From a virus, in the IMG/VR virus record IMGVR_UViG_3300046004_000518, positions 1-64,000 of that record: a stretch of 64,000 bases of DNA, one strand, 5' to 3'. Below, in pieces: positions 19,186 to 28,112 of the stretch; the first letter of the stretch is position 1, and each line of letters begins with the position of its first letter. Position numbers and translations under genes: made by a program. The notes beneath the pieces were generated by a model that was not told the origin of the DNA, did not search any database, and saw only the letters and a list, made by a program, of their open reading frames with translations.

Positions 19186-22019
19186 TACTTTAACCCTGCC
19201 AATCGGCGTAATTGTTTGATTGATTCGTTTGTTGTTGGTAATGCTCTAACTGTTAATGCACCGCTTTCTAAGCCTAGGTCTTGTTCTAATTCACGTGCTT
19301 TACGATGAGCATAAACCATATCAGCACCTTGTATTCTTGACACTACACTACCATCAGCTTTAACTACTTCAAAATCTGTAGCAGTGGTCTGTGCTACAGT
19401 TGGTTCTAATGGTAATTCTTGTTGTACTGGAGTTGCACCTTGTTCGCTAGCATCACGCTCACCGCTGATACCACGACGACGTAGTTCACGTTTAATAATA
19501 ACTCTAAAGTAAGCAGTCTGTTGATCATTTAATACTGCGGTTGTGCTGACATTACGTAATACGTTGATTAGATCCATGTCACTCTTATCTGCTACATTGT
19601 CTAACCATTCACGATGTGCTTGAGGTAAACTATCACGCACTGCGTTTTCAGCACCACCTGCGTTTGCTCTATCTGCTGCCGCCTGCGCATCTGCAAAACT
19701 AGTGTACGTGCCTGCACTTGGCGTTGTTTCGGCTGGTGTTGCTCTATAGTATCTAGTATCAACATTATTAACACTACCGTATACATGTAGTGCTTCGTCA
19801 CTGGTTCTTGCGTTAACAGTACCAGCAGGTTCACCTAGTCCGTTTATAATATTCCAAGTTACTTCCGGACGGCCAGCATCTTGTGTGGTAGCAATGGCTT
19901 CTAAATCGTGTAGGCCCACTGATATCCGTTGCTCTCGCATGAATATATCTGCGGCTTTAAGTTTAGCCTGACGAGGACTATCAGCATCGACGAATACCGG
20001 GTCTTGATCTACATGTCTACCACGAGCAAAATAAACCTTCCAGCGTGTTTCATTGCCGTCGACTACTCCTTGATCCATTCTACTGCGTAGTTCGGCATCA
20101 ATCTGTTTAACTATCCAGCCACTGGCATCGGCATCTAAATTATCACCACCATTTATTACTCGTTGTCTCACAGAGTTTGCTGTATCTACTGTAACAGTAG
20201 GTAATGTTTCTTCAACCCAATCCTTCCAACTCTGTGACAATGATGCTGGTGCAGCATCACCTATTTCTTCACTCTTAAACAATTCAGCTTTTAGTTGGCT
20301 GATACTTTGTTCGCGATTCATACCCATTTGCTTACCGCCTAGGATGATAGCGGCTGTTTCACTAGCGGCAAACACCATTTGCTTGCCACCAGTGCCATCT
20401 TTGTTCATGACCCAGTACTGTACTTCTTCGCCTTTCTTCTCTTTACGAGCTGTTTGTGCTTGACGAACATTACTTACTAATTCTGATTTGTTGATCTGTC
20501 CTAGAGCATAGCGACTGAACAATGCTACGCTATTATTAGGATCAGTCCATTCGCCTTCTGGGCTGATTAGTTTGTATAATTTCTTAGCGTATTCTTGTTT
20601 GTATGCTGACTCGTCTGTGGCAATACGTAGGCTTTGTGCTAGACGTAGAGCAGTATTAACAAGTTTAGGTATGTCTTCGTTTAGATAATCACCACCTGGA
20701 CCACGGAATTCTACGTAGTTGCCTTTGGTATTGATACTTGTATACTTTTGTGTAACGCCACTGTGTACTAGTTTACTAGCTGCCGCTCCAAGATGTTCTT
20801 TCATCTTGGCCAACAATTCTGTGGCGTTTTCTGGATTGGCCTGAATCTTTTCTTTAACAATCTTCATGGCACTTTTAGCATAGGTATTGTACTGACGACC
20901 AAACTCTTGAAGTACGTATTCGTCACCTAGGAATAATGCTAGTTTAACATAGTCTAGATTATCAGTGGTCATGTTAGGCACACTGATGTTCATGTGTAGG
21001 CCCGTTGATTTGTTAGTATAACAACCTGCCAACTTAGCCCATTGTTTAACTTTTTTCAACATAGTCAAGCCATCTTTAAGCGGCATTGCTGGACTGATAA
21101 ACTCTAGGCCGGCGTCACCTTGGTTAGCATCAATTGACGCATCGGGTTCAATGATAAAATAACCTTGTTCTTGTTGTTGACTACGACTACCACTGTGGTA
21201 ATTACTAAACCCGCGTGCTTCATATCCAGTAGCACCATAAAAGTCATCTGCTACTTGATCTATGTCTGCATCACCACCATCATTGCCTTCGTTAGCGTCA
21301 TACATGTGAGGCCAATCAAAGCCCCAATGACGTTCAGCGTCCTGCATATCACCAATGCCAATGTCGCTTAACCAAGCACCTTCATCGCCATCACCACCGT
21401 TACGGAAGTCATCTTCCATTTCTTGACGTGCTTGGTCGTAGGCATATTGATACTCTCTACCGCTGGTATCTGCCATTAATTCATCTACTCGATCTTCGAT
21501 CATTTCTAATGTTATGACACGAATTTCTGCATCGGCATCATCACTGTCAGGATCTTCGTCAGGGTTTGCTTCTATCCAGCGAGTGCGTGCCGCATCTTCG
21601 ACATCATCACGATCAATTTCACCTTCTAGTCGATCTCGGATAAGGCTATCTAATTCATCAGTGTTGTCGTCTATGTAACGATTGGCAGCTTCATTGGTCC
21701 AATCTAAGTATTCATCATACAGTTCACTGCGATAACGCTCAGCACCACTACGACTCATGTTACTGAAATCACCGTTGCGGAAGAAGTTAAGAATGTCATC
21801 GATATTGTAGGCGCTTTCGTTGTATTCGTAATCGTATTCCCACTCAGGCTCGTTATCACCTGTGCTGGCATTTGGCACGCACATTTCAAATTCGATACCC
21901 ATAAGCATACCATCAGCTTCTGGACTGTTGGCAAATGCTTCTAGGCTGGATGGACTCATCGATACTTCATCAATGATCTCTGCTTCTTTTAAGGCTTGTT
22001 TAATTTGACTATAACGCAT
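19185..22019 (-). CDS. putative amidoligase (COOH-NH2 ligase type 2) domain protein with acidic insert and C-terminal modules
   Basis: GIEFE, IEPDASI, LEFISP, TNKSTGLHMNIS and YVEFRGPG motifs; ends NESIKQLRRLAGLK. Confidence 0.75.
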   Translation of the reverse strand: MRYSQIKQALKEAEIIDEVSMSPSSLEAFANSPEADGMLMGIEFEMCVPNASTGDNEPEWEYDYEYNESAYNIDDILNFFRNGDFSNMSRSGAERYRSELYDEYLDWTNEAANRYIDDNTDELDSLIRDRLEGEIDRDDVEDAARTRWIEANPDEDPDSDDADAEIRVITLEMIEDRVDELMADTSGREYQYAYDQARQEMEDDFRNGGDGDEGAWLSDIGIGDMQDAERHWGFDWPHMYDANEGNDGGDADIDQVADDFYGATGYEARGFSNYHSGSRSQQQEQGYFIIEPDASIDANQGDAGLEFISPAMPLKDGLTMLKKVKQWAKLAGCYTNKSTGLHMNISVPNMTTDNLDYVKLALFLGDEYVLQEFGRQYNTYAKSAMKIVKEKIQANPENATELLAKMKEHLGAAASKLVHSGVTQKYTSINTKGNYVEFRGPGGDYLNEDIPKLVNTALRLAQSLRIATDESAYKQEYAKKLYKLISPEGEWTDPNNSVALFSRYALGQINKSELVSNVRQAQTARKEKKGEEVQYWVMNKDGTGGKQMVFAASETAAIILGGKQMGMNREQSISQLKAELFKSEEIGDAAPASLSQSWKDWVEETLPTVTVDTANSVRQRVINGGDNLDADASGWIVKQIDAELRSRMDQGVVDGNETRWKVYFARGRHVDQDPVFVDADSPRQAKLKAADIFMREQRISVGLHDLEAIATTQDAGRPEVTWNIINGLGEPAGTVNARTSDEALHVYGSVNNVDTRYYRATPAETTPSAGTYTSFADAQAAADRANAGGAENAVRDSLPQAHREWLDNVADKSDMDLINVLRNVSTTAVLNDQQTAYFRVIIKRELRRRGISGERDASEQGATPVQQELPLEPTVAQTTATDFEVVKADGSVVSRIQGADMVYAHRKARELEQDLGLESGALTVRALPTTNESIKQLRRLAGLK

Positions 22020-22025
22020 ATTAAG

Positions 22026-22031
22026 TATTTA
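22026..22031 (-). promoter_or_regulatory. putative late promoter (TAAATA), 6 nt upstream of ATG
   Basis: gATAAATActtaatATG, no Shine-Dalgarno. Confidence 0.6.
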
Positions 22032-22039
22032 TCGTTGTG

Positions 22040-22552
22040 TTAATCATTGACCCACAGTTCGAGTGAGTAGTTGCCGCGCTGGCTGGACCATGGCTGGCCT
22101 AGTTGCTTAAAGCCCTGTGCTACTAAATTATTCTTTGATGCTGTGTTATCTGATCTGGTTGTGGCAAATATGTTCGAGCCAGCAGATGCTAATAATTTTT
22201 GACTTACAGCGGTGTTTAATCCCTGTCGACGATAGTTAGGATCTGTATATGAATAGCCCTTTTCATAACGATAACGATTGGCTAACTCACTAACGCCGGC
22301 AGCAGTGAATACTTTAGTCTTGTATGTATCCAATGGTGTTTTTAATGCTGTAATAGCAATAATATCACCTTGTTCATTTGTGGCATAGCTCAACATCTGT
22401 GCTCGTTGTACACCCGCACGGGCATTGGCGGCTGATACCTCACTGCCCTGAGCAATAAAGTCGCTGAGTTTACCTAGTTGCTCTGCTGACAGTTGACCTG
22501 GTCGCACAGCAACTACACTATTATCTTCAGTTAAAAATTCATTTGCTCTCAT
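22040..22552 (-). CDS. GNAT acetyltransferase with N-terminal tag MRANEFLTE
   Basis: YTDPNYRRQGLN acetyl-CoA motif; N..S...L...GF. Confidence 0.8.
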   Translation of the reverse strand: MRANEFLTEDNSVVAVRPGQLSAEQLGKLSDFIAQGSEVSAANARAGVQRAQMLSYATNEQGDIIAITALKTPLDTYKTKVFTAAGVSELANRYRYEKGYSYTDPNYRRQGLNTAVSQKLLASAGSNIFATTRSDNTASKNNLVAQGFKQLGQPWSSQRGNYSLELWVND

Positions 22553-22569
22553 AGTCAATCCACGTATTC

Positions 22570-22651
22570 TTGCTCACTTTTGGCATCCCTCCAGGCCAGC
22601 AGCCGGCCACACCAAACACCATAACGAGTATGGGCCTAAGGTAGGTGTTCT
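22570..22651 (-). ncRNA. candidate structured RNA (unassigned)
   Basis: GC-rich intergenic island with several complementary segments (AACACC/GGUGUU, CCAUA/UAUGG, CCUUAGGCC/GGCCUGGAGG, GGCCGG/CUGGCC). Confidence 0.45.
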
Positions 22652-22960
22652 TTAATCTATTCGTTCGCCTTCTTCTCTTGCTATACGGGCAATATTGTTT
22701 GACGCACGAGCAGGTTGTATATCAAAATTTTCGTATCTTCTTGCTATAGATTGTAATATCCTAGTAACATTGATATACTCATCACCTACTATGTTATCAG
22801 GAACAATAACTAAGATATCCCAGTCACTTTCATCGTGTTCAGTTCCAATTACCCTGCTACCGTGAAACCATATTTCTTCTGCTGGCACTTGAGCTTTGAT
22901 TTGATCTACTATAGTATCAAAAAACTCGTACGACTCGGTTAAGAATTCATTGGCTCTCAT
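22652..22960 (-). CDS. minimal nucleotidyltransferase (MNT, pol-beta fold) with tag MRANEFLTE
   Basis: WFHGSRVIG...SDWDILV (GS...DxD). Confidence 0.85.
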   Translation of the reverse strand: MRANEFLTESYEFFDTIVDQIKAQVPAEEIWFHGSRVIGTEHDESDWDILVIVPDNIVGDEYINVTRILQSIARRYENFDIQPARASNNIARIAREEGERID

Positions 22961-22961
22961 A

Positions 22962-23957
22962 TTAGCTCTTATAATAGAAGTAGTGTATATCTTCTTCTGG
23001 ATTATACTTTACTACTAAATCGTCTAACACAAACTCATCGCCGTATTCGTCAACCAACTGCGCAAACGTGGTGGCATCACCGAAAATATATTCAATAACA
23101 TCATCATCGGTACAATTACCTTGATAGCTTAATCCTTCGTCTTCGCTTATAAATTCATTTGCTCTCATATCAGTCTGATTCAACACATACCTATCATACA
23201 AATCACTTAATTGAAAATCACTACGAATTAGTTGCTCTTCAGCACTGCCTGTAGGCCACGGTTTCTTTTTATTATATGCTATTTGATATGCTTTTTCTGG
23301 AGTTAACGGCACATTTTTTCTAACTGCGTCCTTAAACACGCTGTATAGAATAGGGTAGTCTTCATCACCTACCATACCTGACGCAACAGGCTGTTGGCCA
23401 CCTTCACGGCGAATAAAATCAGCAAATACTTCTTGAAACACTTTTTTTGGATTACGACAGTAATCTCTGCTGGATTGACAGTCATCAGTAAAGCCTTCAA
23501 AGTGTACACGGTAATCACCTACTTCATCTACACCAACATCTTCCGGTGTTAGGTCATTTAAAAATTCTTCAACTTCTGGATCTAAGGATTCAGTTAATTC
23601 TTTAACAGGCACATACGCTGATATGTGCGTTATTCCTAATTCTCTTGCCTGCCACGCACGATGATTACCATCTAAGATATGCCCTTGGGCGTCTATGACA
23701 ATAGGCTTACGCTTAATATCGTCAGGTGAGATTTCATCAGCATAGTCTACATCAACGTGTACTACACGACCATATGGATCATCGTCTGCGTCAATTTGTA
23801 ATTGATCTACTGCTACAGTTTTTAGTACATATTCTGTATTGGCTAATATTATTCGATCTAAGTTACTGTCTTTTTGTGATACTGGATGTATGCTGTTGAC
23901 ATAGTCTAAGACCTTGCCAGCACTAACTGTTTCTAAGATAAATTCTTTAGCTCTCAT
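22962..23957 (-). CDS. ParB/Srx-like domain multi-module protein with tag MRAKEFILE
   Basis: PIVID...ILDGNHRA; internal LTES site and a second internal tag MRANEFISE. Confidence 0.75.
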   Translation of the reverse strand: MRAKEFILETVSAGKVLDYVNSIHPVSQKDSNLDRIILANTEYVLKTVAVDQLQIDADDDPYGRVVHVDVDYADEISPDDIKRKPIVIDAQGHILDGNHRAWQARELGITHISAYVPVKELTESLDPEVEEFLNDLTPEDVGVDEVGDYRVHFEGFTDDCQSSRDYCRNPKKVFQEVFADFIRREGGQQPVASGMVGDEDYPILYSVFKDAVRKNVPLTPEKAYQIAYNKKKPWPTGSAEEQLIRSDFQLSDLYDRYVLNQTDMRANEFISEDEGLSYQGNCTDDDVIEYIFGDATTFAQLVDEYGDEFVLDDLVVKYNPEEDIHYFYYKS

Positions 23958-24658
23958 TATTTTAAACTCAAATCATCGTCTTGTTGTTGACGGTATGCTT
24001 TACTTAATTTGTCCATGTACTTCATATTACGTAGGATTTTAAATGCTAGATTTTCTGTGCTGAATTCACCGTTGGCATCTAACCCTGCACGGCGCATTTT
24101 ACGAATCTTTTCTGATATGCGTTTAATATCTTCTGGATCATCAGCGGCTATTATAGCATGATCAATTTGGCTACGTAGATCTAATACTTTGGCATTAACA
24201 CTAGCACGATCAATTGATGGTACTTTAAAGTCAGGAGTTTTAAGCCACTTATTGTTTAACAAACTATACACACCTTCGCTAACTGGAGGTTGCGCAACAT
24301 CTTCTACATACAATTCTACATCATAACCGTAGATAGTAATGTCGTGTCCATCATTCCAAATTTGTTTCTTGGCACGATAGAACGCTTCGGCAATATCATC
24401 ACATTGTAGATCACTGTAGTTGGTAACAACATGTACATCAAAGTCACTGAACTTAGTCCAGTTATAGTTGGCCATGCTACCTGTGAGTACAACATCTTCT
24501 ACTTTAAAATTAGGAATCTCTAAGTAGCTGACAAAACGTTCAGCTATTTCTAACAAGCGATTGCGAACTTCTTCGATGAGTGTGTTATCGTCCCATGCCG
24601 CTGGATTCAGCTGACTGTTATAAGCAACGTTGTTCTTGGTAAAGTCTCTAGCTCTCAT
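23957..24658 (-). CDS. pol-beta-fold nucleotidyltransferase with tag MRARDF
   Basis: VLTGSMANYNW...SDFDVHV...VELYV. Confidence 0.8.
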   Translation of the reverse strand: MRARDFTKNNVAYNSQLNPAAWDDNTLIEEVRNRLLEIAERFVSYLEIPNFKVEDVVLTGSMANYNWTKFSDFDVHVVTNYSDLQCDDIAEAFYRAKKQIWNDGHDITIYGYDVELYVEDVAQPPVSEGVYSLLNNKWLKTPDFKVPSIDRASVNAKVLDLRSQIDHAIIAADDPEDIKRISEKIRKMRRAGLDANGEFSTENLAFKILRNMKYMDKLSKAYRQQQDDDLSLK

Positions 24659-24666
24659 TGTTTATC

Positions 24667-25044
24667 CTAACCGTTTGTAAAATCAAATAACGCATCTTCG
24701 CCTTTGTCTGTTAAGGCAGAATTATGTACTAGACCATTGGCTGCTAATGATTGTTGTAGTGCGTCAAAGTCTTTAGTTTGCCCTAGACTATCATAGCCAT
24801 ACCCTAGCTCGTTGTCGTGTGCAGTTTGAATTGCTTTTAGCACTAACATAGTGCCGTACCCTTTTCTTTGAAATTCTGGGGAAATACTCACGTCGTGAAA
24901 TGCATCACCTTCTTCGTCAACACTATATTTGTATGCGCCAACCTTAACGTTGCTGACAAATAATTCCACAGTGAATCCACGAGCAAAGTTACTTTGGCTA
25001 CTTACTCGAAATTTATTAGTGTTAGTAACTTCGTTTATCAGCAT
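24667..25044 (-). CDS. GNAT acetyltransferase with tag MLINE
   Basis: VSISPEFQRKGYG motif. Confidence 0.75.
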   Translation of the reverse strand: MLINEVTNTNKFRVSSQSNFARGFTVELFVSNVKVGAYKYSVDEEGDAFHDVSISPEFQRKGYGTMLVLKAIQTAHDNELGYGYDSLGQTKDFDALQQSLAANGLVHNSALTDKGEDALFDFTNG

Positions 25045-25045
25045 A

Positions 25046-26407
25046 TTAGTGTATTGCGTATTCTACACGCTTGCCTTCTTTATCTGTGTACAGCAAACTA
25101 ACGTCCCATGCTCCATTACCACCTGCACGTTTAACGTAGATGTGATCTTTAATCCATTCTGCTACACCACCGTCACTATCTCTGCCGCTGATATTTTGTT
25201 CTAGGCTGTAGATAAAGATTTGATCGAGATCTGATATTTCTTGTGTATCGGCACCCCACTCACGACCTGTTTCTTCGGCTAGCGCACGCACATCCCATGG
25301 CTGTAAATCCACAGCATTGTTGATAGAGACAATAAAATCATTTGCTTCGTAATTCCAACTGGTGTAACTTTCGTCAGCATCTGCTGCAGCATCAAAGTCA
25401 ATTTCGCCTTCTTCCTCGTGGCCTTCTGGATATACATATCCTTTTTCACGTAGGTAATCCCACCAGTAGTCGTCCCCAACTTCCCAATCATTGACTATTT
25501 CACTAACATGATCGTTTACGGCTGTTTTAATTTTTTCTATTAACGGTTTTAGTACTTCGTCGGAAGCAAAGACTATCCAATCATTCAAATAGCCTTCTGG
25601 CATTTCTTCCTGGAAAAACGGTACTAAATTGCCAAAGCGCACTGTTAGTAAATCTACAATACTGTCTACACTGTTGTCGCCTTCGTCCATAAACTGACCA
25701 CTAGGGAAGTGTAGTTGATATTTTTCACCTTCGTAGTCAGGCCGTTTAGGCAGTAGGATATACATTTGTCCATCGCGGGCATACTGCTCGAATCTATTGT
25801 TTTCACGTGCGGCTGTACACCATCTAGTGCCTTGACCATAGTAACAGGCTGCATCTTCGTCATGCGGCACAATAATGCGCACAGCTTCATTTTCGAACGC
25901 AGTGTAGGCATCGCCCTTGCTCATAGTTTTAGCAGCATCCTGTTCTTCTTTGGCCGCTAAGGCGTTACGCAGATCGAGATTTTGTGCAATATCTTCTAGT
26001 CCAGCAAAGTCAATGCGACCAATGTCACGATACTCTGCAGGTAAGATTTTTTTAACTTTAAATTCGTGATACATTTTAAGCGCACTGTTACCACGGCTTA
26101 TTATATCTTCTAATTTGATGCCTTGGTTAGCATATACTTTAGTCAACCATTGTACATACTCTTTATTAGGAGTAGGGTCGGAATTTTCAATTACAACCAT
26201 GATATGGTCAATGATTATTTGACGTTGTTCTGCTGTAATCGCATCATTAATCTTGATCTTTTGATCAATGAACGCACGGTCTGTGCCTAATTGTGTACCA
26301 GAAAGAGTATGGCTCTTGTCCTTACCCAAGGCCGCAACAAGTTTATTGCCAAAGACATTAACTGTCTTTTCTCTACTGTATTCTCTTAAAAATTCTTTAA
26401 ATCGCAT
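25046..26407 (-). CDS. hypothetical protein with tag MRFKEFLRE (central YG.GTRWC domain, acidic C-terminus)
   Basis: DPTPNKEYVQW; AACYYGQGTRWCTAA; EKYQLHF. Confidence 0.7.
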   Translation of the reverse strand: MRFKEFLREYSREKTVNVFGNKLVAALGKDKSHTLSGTQLGTDRAFIDQKIKINDAITAEQRQIIIDHIMVVIENSDPTPNKEYVQWLTKVYANQGIKLEDIISRGNSALKMYHEFKVKKILPAEYRDIGRIDFAGLEDIAQNLDLRNALAAKEEQDAAKTMSKGDAYTAFENEAVRIIVPHDEDAACYYGQGTRWCTAARENNRFEQYARDGQMYILLPKRPDYEGEKYQLHFPSGQFMDEGDNSVDSIVDLLTVRFGNLVPFFQEEMPEGYLNDWIVFASDEVLKPLIEKIKTAVNDHVSEIVNDWEVGDDYWWDYLREKGYVYPEGHEEEGEIDFDAAADADESYTSWNYEANDFIVSINNAVDLQPWDVRALAEETGREWGADTQEISDLDQIFIYSLEQNISGRDSDGGVAEWIKDHIYVKRAGGNGAWDVSLLYTDKEGKRVEYAIH

Positions 26408-27338
26408 CAAACTGTCCTAATATACGCTGTGCTTCTCTAGTCAATAATGCTTTAGTATCCTCGGCTTTTTTCTTAGCCTCTGGAGTTTCTGCCTTATCAA
26501 ACTTACTGCTATTAACTGCCTTGCTTATTTTACTTATGTAAATTGCTTTGACTTGTTCTATTAGCTCAGGACGACCTAGACTTTCGGCAATGCCAACAAT
26601 ACTGTTAATAGTATTTGAAGTTTTTATTTCGTCACCCATGCCCGGATACTTGGCTAGACGTGCGCTGATAGTTGGTGCACCGAGAAACTTAGCAATATCT
26701 ACGGCCCATGTATCAGGATTGTTAGTTATAGTTCTAAGCTCTGTATCTTTAGTTTGTCTAAAACTAACCGGTACACCATTCTGCAATTTAACCTGTACAC
26801 CGCGCCCGCCAAAGCTAAGATTTAATGCTTCTGCCAAGGATGAATATAAACTTGCACTTAGTACACCCTTAACATTGTACTCTGGGCCCAATGCACGACT
26901 CCACTGTTCATTCTCATAGTAAGCTGTAACAAAGTCAACTTGTACATATTGATCGCCTACTTTAATTATAACATTTGTACCGTTGCTAGTCGAGTAGTTT
27001 GGGTTACTGTCGCAAAACTCTTTGATAGCTGAACTGTATGTTTGTTCGTTAGCATTGTCTGACATGTCGGGTAGTCGTGGCACAAAGAAATTAACATCAA
27101 TGTCACCATACTCGCGTTGAGGATTTTGCGCAAGGTCACGTTTGTAGTAGGTTGTACTGCCAACCGGTGTGCCTATCTTAACTGGTGCTAGGTCTTTGGT
27201 TTTTAAGAAAGCATTTAATGCTTGTTCAAATGCAGGTAATGATTGTACAACAACATCAACTAGTGCAGGTGTGATATGTGTACCTTGTGTTAAAGTACTT
27301 GCCCAACCGCCTTCTAGAATAAATTCCTTTGCTCTCAC
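26397..27338 (-). CDS. pol-beta-fold nucleotidyltransferase-like protein with tag MRAKEFILE
   Basis: PVGSTTYY...YGDIDV...YVQVDF; GTG start overlapping the upstream stop. Confidence 0.65.
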   Translation of the reverse strand: MRAKEFILEGGWASTLTQGTHITPALVDVVVQSLPAFEQALNAFLKTKDLAPVKIGTPVGSTTYYKRDLAQNPQREYGDIDVNFFVPRLPDMSDNANEQTYSSAIKEFCDSNPNYSTSNGTNVIIKVGDQYVQVDFVTAYYENEQWSRALGPEYNVKGVLSASLYSSLAEALNLSFGGRGVQVKLQNGVPVSFRQTKDTELRTITNNPDTWAVDIAKFLGAPTISARLAKYPGMGDEIKTSNTINSIVGIAESLGRPELIEQVKAIYISKISKAVNSSKFDKAETPEAKKKAEDTKALLTREAQRILGQFDAI

Positions 27339-28072
27339 AGCACTGCCTTCCAGTTCTTAAACCATGCCGCTGAACCTTCACCTACTATCTCTTGACGTGT
27401 TTCTGGCAATTGTACATTTTCTTTGCCTAAGGTTTCACGTGCATCTGCTACTAAGGCATTGTAGTTAGGCAAATTTTTAATCTTAGCTAGTATAGTTTCA
27501 ACTGATGCTAGATCAGCTGCACTACCATTGAATAGTTTGTGTGCAATTTCACTTGGGTCTTTAGAAACGACTTCATTAGTCTCACGATCCATTAGGCCGT
27601 TTTTGTATGACCATTTCATGCCCTGTGCTTTGGCAATTGATGCTAGTAACACATGGCGATGCATGCCTTTGAATGGGCTACCTTCTGGACTACCTGTCAT
27701 ACTAAAACGTTGGAAACTAGGATCACCAAACATAAAATCAGTTTGTACATAGCCATTCTTTGCTTCGCCATTGATGGGTGTTTTAAAATGTACGCTGTCG
27801 CCTGTCTTTTTAATGTCAGTAGGTTCAATGCCTTTCTTTAATAGTTGTTGTACCAGTACATCTTTGCTGATTTTACTCACATCAACTGCTAGGTCTAGGT
27901 CGCCACTTGTTTCTTTGTAGCCAGTTGACCCTAGCATATTGTCTACTAGATTAAGTCCTGTTAATTGCTCTAACCATTTAACTGTAGGAATGACATCTGC
28001 ACGATTGATACGTCCGGTTGCTTCGCTACCATCAGCTAGTTTAAATACATTCCCACCTTCAGTTATTTTCAT
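27335..28072 (-). CDS. pol-beta-fold nucleotidyltransferase-like protein with tag MKITE
   Basis: LGSTG...SGDLDLAVD...YVQTDF. Confidence 0.7.
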   Translation of the reverse strand: MKITEGGNVFKLADGSEATGRINRADVIPTVKWLEQLTGLNLVDNMLGSTGYKETSGDLDLAVDVSKISKDVLVQQLLKKGIEPTDIKKTGDSVHFKTPINGEAKNGYVQTDFMFGDPSFQRFSMTGSPEGSPFKGMHRHVLLASIAKAQGMKWSYKNGLMDRETNEVVSKDPSEIAHKLFNGSAADLASVETILAKIKNLPNYNALVADARETLGKENVQLPETRQEIVGEGSAAWFKNWKAVL

Positions 28073-28097
28073 ACCGGACCTTTTATACTCTATTAAG

Positions 28098-28107
28098 TAT
28101 TTATTTA
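28098..28107 (-). promoter_or_regulatory. putative late promoter (TAAATA) heading the tagged-enzyme array
   Basis: TAAATAAATA upstream of 28072. Confidence 0.55.
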
Positions 28108-28112
28108 AAATA

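Noticed and set aside
22570-22651. tRNA or intrinsic terminator
   Set aside because: No cloverleaf, T-loop or CCA pattern and no U-tract; kept only as an unassigned structured RNA.
22526-27338. Recurring atgagagc... sequences as CRISPR or attC-like repeats
   Set aside because: They are coding 5' ends with synonymous variation, irregular gene-length spacing and no palindromic structure.
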